A DNA stretch of 64,000 nt from Candidatus Omnitrophota bacterium (GCA_013203315.1 JABMQJ010000020.1:6774-70773); one strand, 5' to 3'. Counted from the stretch's first letter, positions 27,667-38,405 are shown. Program-made: numbers and translations. The notes: generated by a model from the letters alone, not told the origin.

Positions 27667-28779
27667 TTATGCATTATATTGGTACAGATTGCAGCATCGC
27701 GAACAAACCGGTAATAAGTTTACTTCTTTAATTTTTTTTCTGAATTCCCTTGCTTTTTTGCCATTCCAAATTGCAAGAAATGAATCCTTCTTTACATTGC
27801 CTAGCACATAATCCGGGAAATCGCCACAAAAGACTATATCTCCATTATATCGGATATCTGCCCTGGCCCATAAAGAAAAACATTTTTTCTGAGACATCTT
27901 TGATGTATTGTTATAAAAATTTGCGATTTCTGCCGGCGAAAGTTCAGGAAGAAAGGTAATATGCAATCCTTCGTTTCTTTTGGTTTGTATATTTTTAATA
28001 ATGCCTGAAAGCCTTTTAAGATTCATGTTAATTTCTTCTTTCCTGAAACCCCTCCAGGAGGCCGCCTCTATACCAAAAAGCTTACTGCAAACTTCTTCAT
28101 ATCGCCTGCCCATGTGAAGAGGTATATTCCACCCATATATAAAATGGATGCCATCAATTCTAAGTGTTTTTGATAGCTCGACCATCTTCTCAAGTGTGTT
28201 ATAAGAATCCTCTGTTATAACCGTATTTATTATTATTTTAGGATAGCGAGTTTTCTTTTGATCCCGCGCTTTCACAAGAGCCCTGATGCTTTCAATTGTT
28301 TTATCATAAGCGCCTGCATTCCTTATTTTATCATTTACCTCCCTTGGTCCATCTAAAGAAATTTCTATTTCATCGAGCCTTGTTCTAACAACTTCGCATG
28401 CATAAGGTGATAGGAGGGTCCCATTTGTAATTACGAGGCAACGTAAATCCTTGGATTTAATGTAGGAAATGAGTTGCATGATTTTTGGATACAAAAATGG
28501 TTCTCCTCCCCAGATAATAATCCTTTTCGGGCATGTTTCGTCTATAATCTTTTTCCATTGTTCGAAGCGTAGTTCTTCCGATTTCAGACCGGATACCGCT
28601 TCGGTTTTGAAATGGCCTTGCTCTCCCCACTGGGCGCACATCTTACATCTCAGGTTACACCGCATTGTTGGTAAAAGCGCTAATTGGGTTGGCGGAAAAG
28701 AATAACCATCCTTCAAAAAATAATACCCTAAAAACATCTTACGGAAATAAAGCAGTTTTCGAAGTCTCTTATACATCAT
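27667..28779 (-). CDS. radical SAM / SPASM-domain enzyme
   Basis: 370 aa. 'MRCNLRCKMCAQ' cluster. C-terminal 'CSRCCNLYQY'. Confidence 0.6.
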   Translation of the reverse strand: MMYKRLRKLLYFRKMFLGYYFLKDGYSFPPTQLALLPTMRCNLRCKMCAQWGEQGHFKTEAVSGLKSEELRFEQWKKIIDETCPKRIIIWGGEPFLYPKIMQLISYIKSKDLRCLVITNGTLLSPYACEVVRTRLDEIEISLDGPREVNDKIRNAGAYDKTIESIRALVKARDQKKTRYPKIIINTVITEDSYNTLEKMVELSKTLRIDGIHFIYGWNIPLHMGRRYEEVCSKLFGIEAASWRGFRKEEINMNLKRLSGIIKNIQTKRNEGLHITFLPELSPAEIANFYNNTSKMSQKKCFSLWARADIRYNGDIVFCGDFPDYVLGNVKKDSFLAIWNGKKAREFRKKIKEVNLLPVCSRCCNLYQYNA

Positions 28780-30232
28780 CCACCACTCTCAAGTTTAAAT
28801 TTGAAAGTTTAGAAAAAATAATTTTTTTCAGTATAGAAAAATCTTCTTTGGATATTAACGAAAATAAAAAAGATAACGCAATGAATGGAATTACAAAAAT
28901 AAGTTTGGCCCATACCTGCTGTGGTTTAAAGATAAGAAATAAACCAAACGAGATAATAAATGGAAATAATGGTTTTATAAGAATTGTTTTTTTAATACCT
29001 ATTTTATATTTCTCTAATAATCCAGCCGCCATAATCAGGTGTAAGGCATGTAAAACGAGAAGTGCATATACAGCCCCGATAAGTCCCATGCGGGGAACCA
29101 ATATAAGGCTTACGCCTATGCCAACTATGACTTGTATTATATGCAATAACATGGCCACAAAAGAAAAGCCTCCTCCGAGTAACACAAGCCAGAGACTATA
29201 ACCCAGCAAATAAAAATATGACACAATCATTAGGTAGAAAAATATTTGTGAAACATGCCCATATTGTGATGAAAAAAGAACGGTTATAATTTCCTTATGA
29301 AACATGCCTGCCAAAAAAGCGAAAAAGGCCACGATTAAACCCAATACCCTTAATGCATGATACACAAGATTCTTGATTTCGACCGATTTACCCTTTGAAA
29401 ATAACTCGGCGATTTGTGGGAAAAATACAGAACGAAACGCTCCGAATACGCGCTGTAAATGCTCGGGAATTCTGCTTGCGACTTCAAAAAGCGCCAAAGA
29501 AGCAGGCCCAAGAAAGCCCGCAATTATCAGGGCGTATATTCTTCCGCTGAAAAACCCTAAAATACTTTCTATTCCTATAGGCCAACCGAATTTTATTATT
29601 TTCTTAAAATGAGAAGTTTTAAGTTGCCCCCGAGAAATACCGCGAGGGAATAGAAGTATGCAACCAATTAAAAGAGAAAACGCAAAAGCATACAATGCGC
29701 CAATGATGTCCATTTTAAAAATTATAAGGAAGACTATCACCAGTAACATTCTTGATAACGCGATTGAAATATCGGCAAACGCTATTTGTTTATATCGATA
29801 AAACCCCTGAAGCACATGATTGAATAGAAATTCAAAACTTTGAGCTAAGTAACATATTATAATAAATGGAAAAAAACGCAGGAGCAATTCAGATTTAAAA
29901 ATAGTGTAAATAAGAGGCCTAACCGCATATAATATAGGAATCGTTATAACGGTAATGCCTATTTTTATAACTAAGAGTGATTTGGTCCAATTCTTTTTTT
30001 CATCGCCTTCTGCTGAAACAATAAATTTGCTGGCTGAAAAATTAAGTCCGAGATCACTCATGACAACAAAAAATCCGACAATAACCTGTATCAAAAGATA
30101 AATCCCAAATCGTTCTATGGGAATATTGCGCGCGATAATCATAAAGGTCGCTAGTCCCAGGAGCAATCTTATTCCGGTTGAAGTAAGCATTAATGACATA
30201 TTTCCTAAAAATCTATCCCTTATATTTTTCAT
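28769..30232 (-). CDS. polysaccharide flippase (Wzx/PST, MOP superfamily)
   Basis: 487 aa, about 12-14 TM helices. Typical oligosaccharide-unit flippase topology within an EPS operon. Confidence 0.55.
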   Translation of the reverse strand: MKNIRDRFLGNMSLMLTSTGIRLLLGLATFMIIARNIPIERFGIYLLIQVIVGFFVVMSDLGLNFSASKFIVSAEGDEKKNWTKSLLVIKIGITVITIPILYAVRPLIYTIFKSELLLRFFPFIIICYLAQSFEFLFNHVLQGFYRYKQIAFADISIALSRMLLVIVFLIIFKMDIIGALYAFAFSLLIGCILLFPRGISRGQLKTSHFKKIIKFGWPIGIESILGFFSGRIYALIIAGFLGPASLALFEVASRIPEHLQRVFGAFRSVFFPQIAELFSKGKSVEIKNLVYHALRVLGLIVAFFAFLAGMFHKEIITVLFSSQYGHVSQIFFYLMIVSYFYLLGYSLWLVLLGGGFSFVAMLLHIIQVIVGIGVSLILVPRMGLIGAVYALLVLHALHLIMAAGLLEKYKIGIKKTILIKPLFPFIISFGLFLIFKPQQVWAKLIFVIPFIALSFLFSLISKEDFSILKKIIFSKLSNLNLRVVDDV

Positions 30233-30244
30233 ATTTTCCTAAGA

Positions 30245-30973
30245 TTAAGTTTTTCCAAAAAAACGGTTATAATGAATTTTGTAAATAAACCGGGCTATGG
30301 TATCGTCTTTTTCTACTTCTATTCGCTTAAGTAAAAAGAGATCCGTTGTCTTGTCATTTTTACCCGGCATGCTCGTGCAAGCACATGTATAACCTGCTTC
30401 TTTCACCAGGTATTTTAAATGTTCGTTAAACTTCGAGCATGGATAGCAGAAAAAATGCTCTCTTTGGTTCAGCGCAGATTCCAGTGTCTGCTTGGATCTT
30501 TCAAGCTCATCCATTATGTCCGGGTCAGAAAGAGACGGTAATTCAACATGATTAACGGTGTGAGAATGAAAAGAAAATCCATGCACGGAAAGAAATCGAA
30601 TTTCATCCCAAGACATAATGTTTATATCGTCTTTCGCCCCTTCGTCCCAATCATTAACACTGCCTATTTTGCCTGTAGGTATAAATATCGTGGCCTTAAA
30701 ACCATAGGACTTTAATATGTCTTTCGCGGAATTTAAAAAGCTTCTGTAGCCATCATCAAAAGTCAAAATGACGGACTTGCTTGGAATATTTTTTTTCGCT
30801 TTTAAAATTTCCGCAAGTTCGCCCAGCTGGAATACAGAATATTTGTTTTTATACAGATATTCCATTTGCCTCGCGAAATCCTGAGGACTTACATAAAAAC
30901 GTTTTAGCTTGTTTTTCATGGAAGTCTTAGCTATATGATGATAGCATAAAATTAGACAACCTCGTCTTAACAC
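30245..30973 (-). CDS. polysaccharide deacetylase (NodB-homology / CE4)
   Basis: 242 aa. 'ILTFDDGYRSF' Asp-Asp motif and 'HSHTVNHVEL' His motif. Confidence 0.6.
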   Translation of the reverse strand: MLRRGCLILCYHHIAKTSMKNKLKRFYVSPQDFARQMEYLYKNKYSVFQLGELAEILKAKKNIPSKSVILTFDDGYRSFLNSAKDILKSYGFKATIFIPTGKIGSVNDWDEGAKDDINIMSWDEIRFLSVHGFSFHSHTVNHVELPSLSDPDIMDELERSKQTLESALNQREHFFCYPCSKFNEHLKYLVKEAGYTCACTSMPGKNDKTTDLFLLKRIEVEKDDTIARFIYKIHYNRFFGKT

Positions 30974-32031
30974 GGATATTCCTTTTGCATGAAAAAATAA
31001 GGTTCGGTTATTTTTTCGCCTTTTATGGGTTTGAATTCATCTCCGCCATACAGAGCGGCATATCTTCGCCACGGGCCGTCGCATATGAAATAGTAGCGGC
31101 ATTTCTTGCATTCCGGAAACATTGTGCTGTACCTTCCGCATATCGCTTTAATTTGCATCCTGTGTAAAAATTCAGACACCGGAAATAGCTTCAGACTATG
31201 GATAGATACTCGCCGCATTCCTCTCAGAATGATGAAACCTATCGTGCTAAACAGGCCATTTTGAATAACCGCTCGCTTTAGATAATCCCATTCCTCCGGA
31301 TCGTACTGAATCTGATGCATATTATGAATATATCGCTCGTAACCCTCCATAAGGCAGAAAGGTATATACATCACATTTACCTTGATTCTATCTTTCAAAA
31401 TATCGACCGCTTCCTTCACGTAGGGAGCCGCCTTTTTCAGCATGGGCGCAAGGTCTTTATTGTATATTTCGTGACAGACGCAGGGGTTTAAATTAATAAG
31501 ACTCACTACTTCCGGGCCAATTCCTCTTATGAGGCGGGCGATATCTGGCAGGCGCTGATAGTTAAATTGCGTAATGACAGAATTTATCCTAATCCTTACT
31601 CCCAAAATCCCTGCGTTTTCGATAGCCTTTAAACATTTTTCAAAACTTCCCTTCGCACCCACGATATAATCGTGAGATTCGGCATTGTCTCCATGAATAG
31701 AAAACAGAATATCACTTACACCAGCTTCTTTTAATGCCTTAAAGAACTTGATATCCGCAAGGAGTATACCGTTTGTAATAAGGCATACTTTTTTAAAACC
31801 GAGCGAAAGCGCGTAGGCAACGATTGAAATGAGATCTTTATTCATTGTAGGTTCACCGCCTGTAAAGTCGATTCCTTCTATCCCGAGTCTTCTGGAAGCG
31901 CGCAATTGTTTTTTAATTAAATTTAAATTAAAAAAATTCGATTTTAGAAATGGGCGGTAATAGCAAAATTTACACGCTGCGTTACACCTGTAGCCCAAAT
32001 TAATGTCAACCTTTTTATTCAGTTGCATCAT
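30967..32031 (-). CDS. radical SAM enzyme (SPASM/twitch-like C-terminus)
   Basis: 354 aa. 'YRCNAACKFCYY' cluster. Additional C-terminal Cys pairs ('CKKCRYYFIC'). Confidence 0.6.
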   Translation of the reverse strand: MMQLNKKVDINLGYRCNAACKFCYYRPFLKSNFFNLNLIKKQLRASRRLGIEGIDFTGGEPTMNKDLISIVAYALSLGFKKVCLITNGILLADIKFFKALKEAGVSDILFSIHGDNAESHDYIVGAKGSFEKCLKAIENAGILGVRIRINSVITQFNYQRLPDIARLIRGIGPEVVSLINLNPCVCHEIYNKDLAPMLKKAAPYVKEAVDILKDRIKVNVMYIPFCLMEGYERYIHNMHQIQYDPEEWDYLKRAVIQNGLFSTIGFIILRGMRRVSIHSLKLFPVSEFLHRMQIKAICGRYSTMFPECKKCRYYFICDGPWRRYAALYGGDEFKPIKGEKITEPYFFMQKEYPC

Positions 32032-32978
32032 TTTATAAACCTTTCGTAAATCATTCCGGCATTAACAAATAATTTCATTATGAAGGAAAAGCATATTATA
32101 ATCAGCGGATTTTCTTTTTTCCTGAACCTAAATACATCCCTAACGGGGCCCGCGAACGTAGAAAATATTATGTAAGGGACTGATCGCTGAGCTTTAAATA
32201 CATAAGCCCTGGGCATGCCGGAAAAACGAAGTGTGCCGGCATACATACCCCGTCCGTACTCGAATAACCTCTTCAGTAATCCTAAGGTTGTATTTCTGCC
32301 ATAATGTTTTACTGAAATCTCGGGATAATATATATTCTTGTAACCTGCCATTAATATCTTAAGGCCGATACTTACATCTTCAAATGATCTATAATGTGTA
32401 TCTTCAAAAAGACCGATATTTTCTAGAATTTTTTTGCGATAGCATGCGTTGGTTGTGCGGAAATAATAACAAAAAGGAGAGTTTAATTTATCATAATACT
32501 CATCAGCTAAAAACCTGACCCGTTCGATATTGCGTATCATTTTGCAGTTACCTACTTCAAAAGTATTACCCCCCACACTGCCTATATTTTCATCCTGGTT
32601 AAAGGCTCTAATAAAAACCTCTACCCAATGGGTGCACACTTCACAGTCATCATCTGTGAATGCGACGAGATCGTGTGAACTTGCCTTTACTCCGGCATTT
32701 CGGTTATCCGCCAGACTCACATTGGCTGTCTTTACCACCTTGATCACTGATTTCCGCTTAATATACCTTTTTACAAGCGCATCGACATCCTCTTCTCCGC
32801 TATTCACAATAATAACCTCATCGGGCAATCGGGTCTGATTCAGGAATAATGAATCCAAGCACTTTCTCAAGAGCTTATTCCTGTTATAAGTCAAAATAAC
32901 AACTGAGATTTTCATGTGAGCCACCCCGAAAACCTGCTTGTCCGACCGAGGTTTACGATTAAACCGCAACAGAACCAA
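32028..32978 (-). CDS. GT2-family glycosyltransferase
   Basis: 316 aa. 'ISVVILTYNR' and 'FTDDDCEV' (DxD) motifs. Confidence 0.65.
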   Translation of the reverse strand: MVLLRFNRKPRSDKQVFGVAHMKISVVILTYNRNKLLRKCLDSLFLNQTRLPDEVIIVNSGEEDVDALVKRYIKRKSVIKVVKTANVSLADNRNAGVKASSHDLVAFTDDDCEVCTHWVEVFIRAFNQDENIGSVGGNTFEVGNCKMIRNIERVRFLADEYYDKLNSPFCYYFRTTNACYRKKILENIGLFEDTHYRSFEDVSIGLKILMAGYKNIYYPEISVKHYGRNTTLGLLKRLFEYGRGMYAGTLRFSGMPRAYVFKAQRSVPYIIFSTFAGPVRDVFRFRKKENPLIIICFSFIMKLFVNAGMIYERFIK

Positions 32979-34357
32979 AGCATGAGTAGGCGTCCTAAGG
33001 AAATGGACTCAACCAAACCATGAACAGAGAAGGCGAATAGCCCGCTCACAAGCCCCATTGTTACAACGGACGCGATCCCCTCGGATTTCTTTATTAAGGA
33101 CGACCATCCTTTCTTTAAAACGGAAAAAATAAATAATAGAAAAGCCCCAAGCGCGAAAATTCCCATTTCAGCGGCGATAAGCAGATAAAGATTGTGCACC
33201 TGGTAAAAGAAAAAAGACGTTATTCCACTTACCGAAACATCGTACAGATACATAACAAGTATATAATTACCGGCTCCGATACCTAAAAGCGGGTGTGAGA
33301 ACACGATATTCAAAGCGATTTGCATCAGAGGCACGCGCATCGCCAGCGAACCGTAATCATAACTCGTAAAACGGGATAAAATCATATCGGCCATGAAAAA
33401 TAGAGTTATCAAGGAAAGCGTGATTATAAAAAATGATCTTATGAGCATTTTCATACTAAACCGCGCCTTTAATAGATTCAGGAAGAGGAGAGCCCCCATT
33501 CCCGTAAAGAAACTGATCAATCCTCCTCTTGAGAATGTGAGATTGCAAACAAAAAAGCAAAAGACAAAAATTGTGAAAATTACGATTTTATATAAAATTT
33601 TCATTCGAAAAAGTAAAAGCGCCGCTAAAAGTGGCAGGACAAAATCCATATACATAAACCATAGCATGTTCGGCGAAGGAAGGGTACCGGTAATTCTAAA
33701 CACTGATTGGATTCTCAATCTCTGGACATCGATCTTCAGCGGTTCCCCTAACCACTCCAACCCCAAGGGGCTCCCGGTATGCCACTGTATAAAAGCAATA
33801 ATACTCTGAATTAAGGCCCCTGCTATTAAAATAAAGAGAATTGTCTTTAAGGTTTGTTTTTTTATCGGATAGTGCGCGATATAAAAAAATATAAGAAATC
33901 CTCTAAGAAGAATTAACGATTGGTAAATACATTGTTTCTTATCTACGGCGTTAAGGCATGAGACGAAAGAAAGCAATACCAGAAAAAACAGAAAAAGCGA
34001 CGCGCTTTTGCTAACGGTAACCTTCTCGGTAACACGCCTTCCAAGTATTTCTGCGACCCATAAAATATATAAACTTAAAATAACAAAATCAATTATACGT
34101 ATCCCTATCCATAAACTCGGTTCGTCGGGATAAATATAAAATTTGCCCAGATGAAACGGGATGATGAATACCAATAAATAAAGAAGCCCTTCTCGAATGC
34201 CTACTGTAAGGAGCGAGACGAAAATAAATATTAATCCTGCGACTAAAATTAACCAGTAAAGCGGCTGTATGGGAAGTAAAAGTATAACGGAAGAAAAGAT
34301 AACGAGAATAAAGGTAATAATAATGAAAGGAAAATTTTTGAATTCATGCGTTATCAT
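32912..34357 (-). CDS. O-antigen ligase/polymerase-like (Wzy) integral membrane protein
   Basis: 481 aa, about 10-12 TM helices with a large periplasmic loop. Lies next to the chain-length regulator. Confidence 0.5.
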   Translation of the reverse strand: MITHEFKNFPFIIITFILVIFSSVILLLPIQPLYWLILVAGLIFIFVSLLTVGIREGLLYLLVFIIPFHLGKFYIYPDEPSLWIGIRIIDFVILSLYILWVAEILGRRVTEKVTVSKSASLFLFFLVLLSFVSCLNAVDKKQCIYQSLILLRGFLIFFYIAHYPIKKQTLKTILFILIAGALIQSIIAFIQWHTGSPLGLEWLGEPLKIDVQRLRIQSVFRITGTLPSPNMLWFMYMDFVLPLLAALLLFRMKILYKIVIFTIFVFCFFVCNLTFSRGGLISFFTGMGALLFLNLLKARFSMKMLIRSFFIITLSLITLFFMADMILSRFTSYDYGSLAMRVPLMQIALNIVFSHPLLGIGAGNYILVMYLYDVSVSGITSFFFYQVHNLYLLIAAEMGIFALGAFLLFIFSVLKKGWSSLIKKSEGIASVVTMGLVSGLFAFSVHGLVESISLGRLLMLWFCCGLIVNLGRTSRFSGWLT

Positions 34358-34392
34358 ATATCAGCAAGTAGCATTTTTTAAACGTCTTCATC

Positions 34393-36162
34393 TTATAGCC
34401 GTTTATAAAGAAATCCCGGCACTTCGTATCTTTGACAGTTGAGCATAATTCCCAAGCTTTTAGGCCCGACCGGAACCAATCTCTCCAATGCCATTTTTGC
34501 CACTTCCCTCCTTGTCGAACCAGCTTTAATTACAAATAGCGCATAATCAAAAGAAGATGAGATGGCCAAGGTAGCGCTATTAAGCCCGCAGCTGGACGAA
34601 TCGAAAATAATATAATCAAATTTGTTTTTGAGGTTTATAATAAAATCTTTCAATCGTTCGAAATCCAAAGGTTTATTCAAAGAATTCTCTACGCCGCTGG
34701 GAATAAAAAACAAATTATTTAAACGGGTAGTCAGGATAATATTCCGGACGCTATCTTCTTTATCCGCAAAATTGATAAGTCCGGGTTCATGGCTTGTCTC
34801 GAATAATTTATGTAAGCATGGGTGCACGGTATCCGCATCCACCAAAAGAATCTTTTTATCCACATTTTTGCTGAGTGTCAAGGCAAGATTCAAGGCAGTT
34901 ACGGTCTTACCTTCTCCTCTGGAAGAACTGGTTACCAGCAGGGCTTTAACCGGAGATGCTGAAAATACTTTAATTGCGTTTAACAATTCCTGATATGATT
35001 CAAAAACTACTCCTTCGGGTTTAGTAAATAACGTATCAACATTCGGCAAAGACCCGATTGATCCCACAATGCTATAGCCGAGATATTTCTTTATATCTTC
35101 ACGCGTATACAAACGATGATCCATATAATTGGCCCAAAACACCATCCCCATGCCGCCAAAAACTCCTAAGAAAATTGCTGCTAAAATATTTATGCGTTTC
35201 TTTGGCCAAACCGGTTTGATTGGTACGGTAGCCGGCTCGATGATCTCAATATTGCGGACCTGTCCGATTTTGTCTTTTTCCATTGCTACGGCGATCTGCA
35301 TTTCCTCCCGTTTTTTAAGAAGCATTAAATAAATTTCTTTTAAATTTTCCGTGGTATATTCCATACGGCGTAATTGCATTTTTTTTTGCGGAAAATCTTT
35401 AAGTTTTTCCTTAATATTTTGTATTTCTGTCCGGGCCGCATTTATATCAGGGTAGCCGGCTTTGTATTCTTCCAATAAGTACACAAGGTGTTTTTCTTCG
35501 TCAAATAATTTTTCCAGAGAAATCCTTGCCTCGTCTCTGAGAGAAACAATATCGTAATTTTCTTCGTAATCTCTTAATGCGGCCTCGGCGTTACCAAGGC
35601 TAACATTAACAACGTTTATCTGGGCATCTATAAACTCGAGGACACTCGAAGAACGTGTTGCCTTTATTTTAAAATAAAAGTCAACGTAATTTTTGGTAAC
35701 AGCGTTAACAATCTGGACCCCTAATAACCTGTCTTGCAAATCCAGGCGAATACTTATAAAATCCGTATTTCTTACGGGAGCGATTTTAAGTTTTCTTTTG
35801 AGAAATAATACTGCTTTTTCAAATTTATACTCGCCTTTTATGGGAAGTTTTTCGGCTAACGACAAATCTATTACTGTTTTTTCCAAAACACGGCGGGTTT
35901 TAATAAATCTGACCTGCGTGCTCATTAAAGATAATCTGTCGACAAATTCGGAAATAGGTACTTTAAGGGGGGTCAGTGGTTCTTCTTCGGCTTTTTCAAC
36001 AAGAATTATTGTTTCTGCACGGTAAAATGGCTTTAGGGCAAACGAGAGAACTGTAACAGAAATAATCAGGCCAAAAAAGAAGGTAAGAAAAATGGCTTTT
36101 CTTCGAAAAAGTATTATGCAATAATCCCGAAGCGTAGGTTGTCTACTTATATTATTTGCCAC
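34393..36162 (-). CDS. polysaccharide co-polymerase / BY-kinase (Wzc-like chain-length determinant with P-loop)
   Basis: 589 aa. N-terminal Wzz-like TM + coiled-coil. C-terminal 'SSSRGEGKTVTALNLALTL' Walker A and 'LLVDADTVHP'. Confidence 0.6.
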   Translation of the reverse strand: MANNISRQPTLRDYCIILFRRKAIFLTFFFGLIISVTVLSFALKPFYRAETIILVEKAEEEPLTPLKVPISEFVDRLSLMSTQVRFIKTRRVLEKTVIDLSLAEKLPIKGEYKFEKAVLFLKRKLKIAPVRNTDFISIRLDLQDRLLGVQIVNAVTKNYVDFYFKIKATRSSSVLEFIDAQINVVNVSLGNAEAALRDYEENYDIVSLRDEARISLEKLFDEEKHLVYLLEEYKAGYPDINAARTEIQNIKEKLKDFPQKKMQLRRMEYTTENLKEIYLMLLKKREEMQIAVAMEKDKIGQVRNIEIIEPATVPIKPVWPKKRINILAAIFLGVFGGMGMVFWANYMDHRLYTREDIKKYLGYSIVGSIGSLPNVDTLFTKPEGVVFESYQELLNAIKVFSASPVKALLVTSSSRGEGKTVTALNLALTLSKNVDKKILLVDADTVHPCLHKLFETSHEPGLINFADKEDSVRNIILTTRLNNLFFIPSGVENSLNKPLDFERLKDFIINLKNKFDYIIFDSSSCGLNSATLAISSSFDYALFVIKAGSTRREVAKMALERLVPVGPKSLGIMLNCQRYEVPGFLYKRL

Positions 36163-36206
36163 TTTTTCTCCTTCTGGCGGCAGTATCGGATGTCACGGCT
36201 ATTTTT

Positions 36207-36977
36207 TTAATAACTTTTAGTAAGTTGCCATTGAATTGACGGATTTATTTTACGCGTGAAAAATTCTAAGAAATCGTCCAATTTTGATATAAAACTTTTT
36301 GGAACAAATATAACGTCGTTTGGCTGAAGTAAAATATTTTCCTCCGTTTTACTCGCTTTAAGTATTTTCTTCATGTTTACGCGCATGGCCTTCGGTGTGC
36401 CATCGAGGTCACGGCGTATCAAAATAACACTATCTAATACAGCAGAATTCTTCGTATAAGCTGCCATGGCAATGGCTTCAACGATAGTAAGGCGGCCCGT
36501 TAGAGGGTACATCCCCGGTTTTCCCACTTCGCCGAGGACGCATATTTTTTTACTCGAGAAATTTCTTACAATAACGGTTACCCTAGGATCCTTGATAAGC
36601 TCACTTAATCCCTGGGTTACCGATTTATCCAGTTCTTTCGGCGTAAGGCCGCTTACTTCTATGTCATCAAGAATTGGAAGAGATATTTTACCGTCCGGCC
36701 TTACCGTAACAGTTGCGGAGAGGTCCGGGTGACGCCATACAAATACTTCCAACACGTCTTCTGGTCCGATAATATAATCAAAATTTTTCATGATGGCCTC
36801 TGCGTCTCGCTCGTACGACTTCTCGGCTTCAATCGCATTTCCTCCGTCAGCAAAAAGCAGACCGGACATACTAACCGTTAAAACGAACAATATTAAAAAG
36901 TTTATGATGTTGAAATTTTTCTTCATATGTTTATATCGGTAATATCTTGCCATTTTTGCCACCATTGTATATTGCAC
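36207..36977 (-). CDS. polysaccharide export outer-membrane protein (Wza-like, SLBB domain)
   Basis: 256 aa. 'GPEDVLEVFVWRHPDLSATVTVRPDGKISLP' (polysaccharide export / SLBB). Confidence 0.6.
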   Translation of the reverse strand: MQYTMVAKMARYYRYKHMKKNFNIINFLILFVLTVSMSGLLFADGGNAIEAEKSYERDAEAIMKNFDYIIGPEDVLEVFVWRHPDLSATVTVRPDGKISLPILDDIEVSGLTPKELDKSVTQGLSELIKDPRVTVIVRNFSSKKICVLGEVGKPGMYPLTGRLTIVEAIAMAAYTKNSAVLDSVILIRRDLDGTPKAMRVNMKKILKASKTEENILLQPNDVIFVPKSFISKLDDFLEFFTRKINPSIQWQLTKSY

Positions 36978-37167
36978 ATCATATCATAAACAGGTTATAG
37001 CCCTTTGCTCTTAATAAAGTATACCTGCTTTTACGCTTAGTATGGTAATATTAGTAAAATAATACAGTAAAAGTAATGCAATGGTAATATTGCAAATTTC
37101 ATTTATATTTTTATTCGCTGGTAAATATGACGTATGTGGCTCTGGTAATTCTACTGGCTTGCCAGAT

Positions 37168-38394
37168 TTAGCGGCCCTTTTTAAGCTCTGCGTTCATTAG
37201 GCGCGTGGCTTCTTTGAGTGCCTTTTTTGTGTCGACTTTTGTAAGAACGACTTTTTGTATGGCCTGGTTCACAAATCTTGTGCTTGTTTCCCAAACTACA
37301 ATCGGTGGCGGGCCCTTCGTGTCCAAGGCTTGCGCTTTTAATACTTTTTTAAATTTTTCGTCCATAGGCAAAACGTCCCACGTATTCATGTTGGGAGGGA
37401 GATAGGTGTCTTGTGCTTGCCACGCTTTTTCGTAAAGTGCTATCTGGGTTTTTGGCTCAAACAGGAATTTTATAAATTGCCATGCCTCATTCTTGTTACC
37501 GGATTGGGCGAAGATTCCCATTATTCTTCCGCCTATGAATCCCGTTCCTTTACCTGAGGGCCCTTTTGGCAGAGGTGCAATTGACCATTTATCTTTAATT
37601 TCCGGGGCACTTATCATAAGCTCTACTATTTTCCAGTTTCCGGATATAGCAAGAGGGAAGTCCCCTGTTCGCATACCTTGTTCGAGCGGAATTTGCGTCT
37701 TTGGAACACCTAGTTCGCTGTAAAGTTTTGCGAAAAACTCCATACCGCGAGCGGCTTCTTCTGTATCAAGGGTGCATACCGAGAAGTCGTCATTGTAGTA
37801 ATCTCCACCGGCCTGCCACAAATAAGCGGAATAACCTATCCAATTTAAAGAACCCCACTCAAATATCATGCCCTTTTGCTGCTTTTTCAATTCTTTTAAG
37901 GCTTCGGTAAGTGCAAACCATGTCTCCGGAGGATGAGGTATTATATCGTTTCTGTAATACATGATTTGTTCTGTCATATCGAATGGTATGCCGTACACTC
38001 TTCCTCTATAATCTACAGATTCCCATATACCGGGAAAAATCTTATCTTTTATGGTGCTTACGTCTTCGGGAAACATCTCACCCAGATCAATCATAGCACC
38101 TAAAGTACCGAACTCCGTACCCCAGGTAAGACCCATTGTTCCTATATCGGGGGTAACGCCTCCAGCGATAGAAATTAGATACTTAGCGTGTGCCTCACCC
38201 CATGAAACTGCTTCACATCTTACTTTTATTCCTGTTTTGGCCAAAAATTCTTTCGCTACCTCGTTTACACTCATGGCCTGGCTTTCGGAACCTACAAGCC
38301 ACATTACAAGTTCCTTTTCCTTGATGATTTTCGTGCCGCAACCGAAAGTAGACAAAAGCACCGCGATACATAATAGCAAAAGAATCCTTTTCAT
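37168..38394 (-). CDS. ABC transporter sugar-binding lipoprotein (solute-binding protein family 1)
   Basis: 408 aa. Lipobox 'LSTFGCG'. Family-1 SBP fold features. Confidence 0.65.
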   Translation of the reverse strand: MKRILLLLCIAVLLSTFGCGTKIIKEKELVMWLVGSESQAMSVNEVAKEFLAKTGIKVRCEAVSWGEAHAKYLISIAGGVTPDIGTMGLTWGTEFGTLGAMIDLGEMFPEDVSTIKDKIFPGIWESVDYRGRVYGIPFDMTEQIMYYRNDIIPHPPETWFALTEALKELKKQQKGMIFEWGSLNWIGYSAYLWQAGGDYYNDDFSVCTLDTEEAARGMEFFAKLYSELGVPKTQIPLEQGMRTGDFPLAISGNWKIVELMISAPEIKDKWSIAPLPKGPSGKGTGFIGGRIMGIFAQSGNKNEAWQFIKFLFEPKTQIALYEKAWQAQDTYLPPNMNTWDVLPMDEKFKKVLKAQALDTKGPPPIVVWETSTRFVNQAIQKVVLTKVDTKKALKEATRLMNAELKKGR

Positions 38395-38405
38395 TTGATC
38401 CTCTT

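Noticed and set aside
25191-32031. Interpretation of the radical-SAM/SPASM genes as a RiPP (peptide natural product) cluster
   Set aside because: Intergenic gaps in this stretch are 0-25 nt (several overlaps), leaving no room for precursor-peptide genes. The neighbours are all glycan-assembly enzymes, so sugar modification is favoured.
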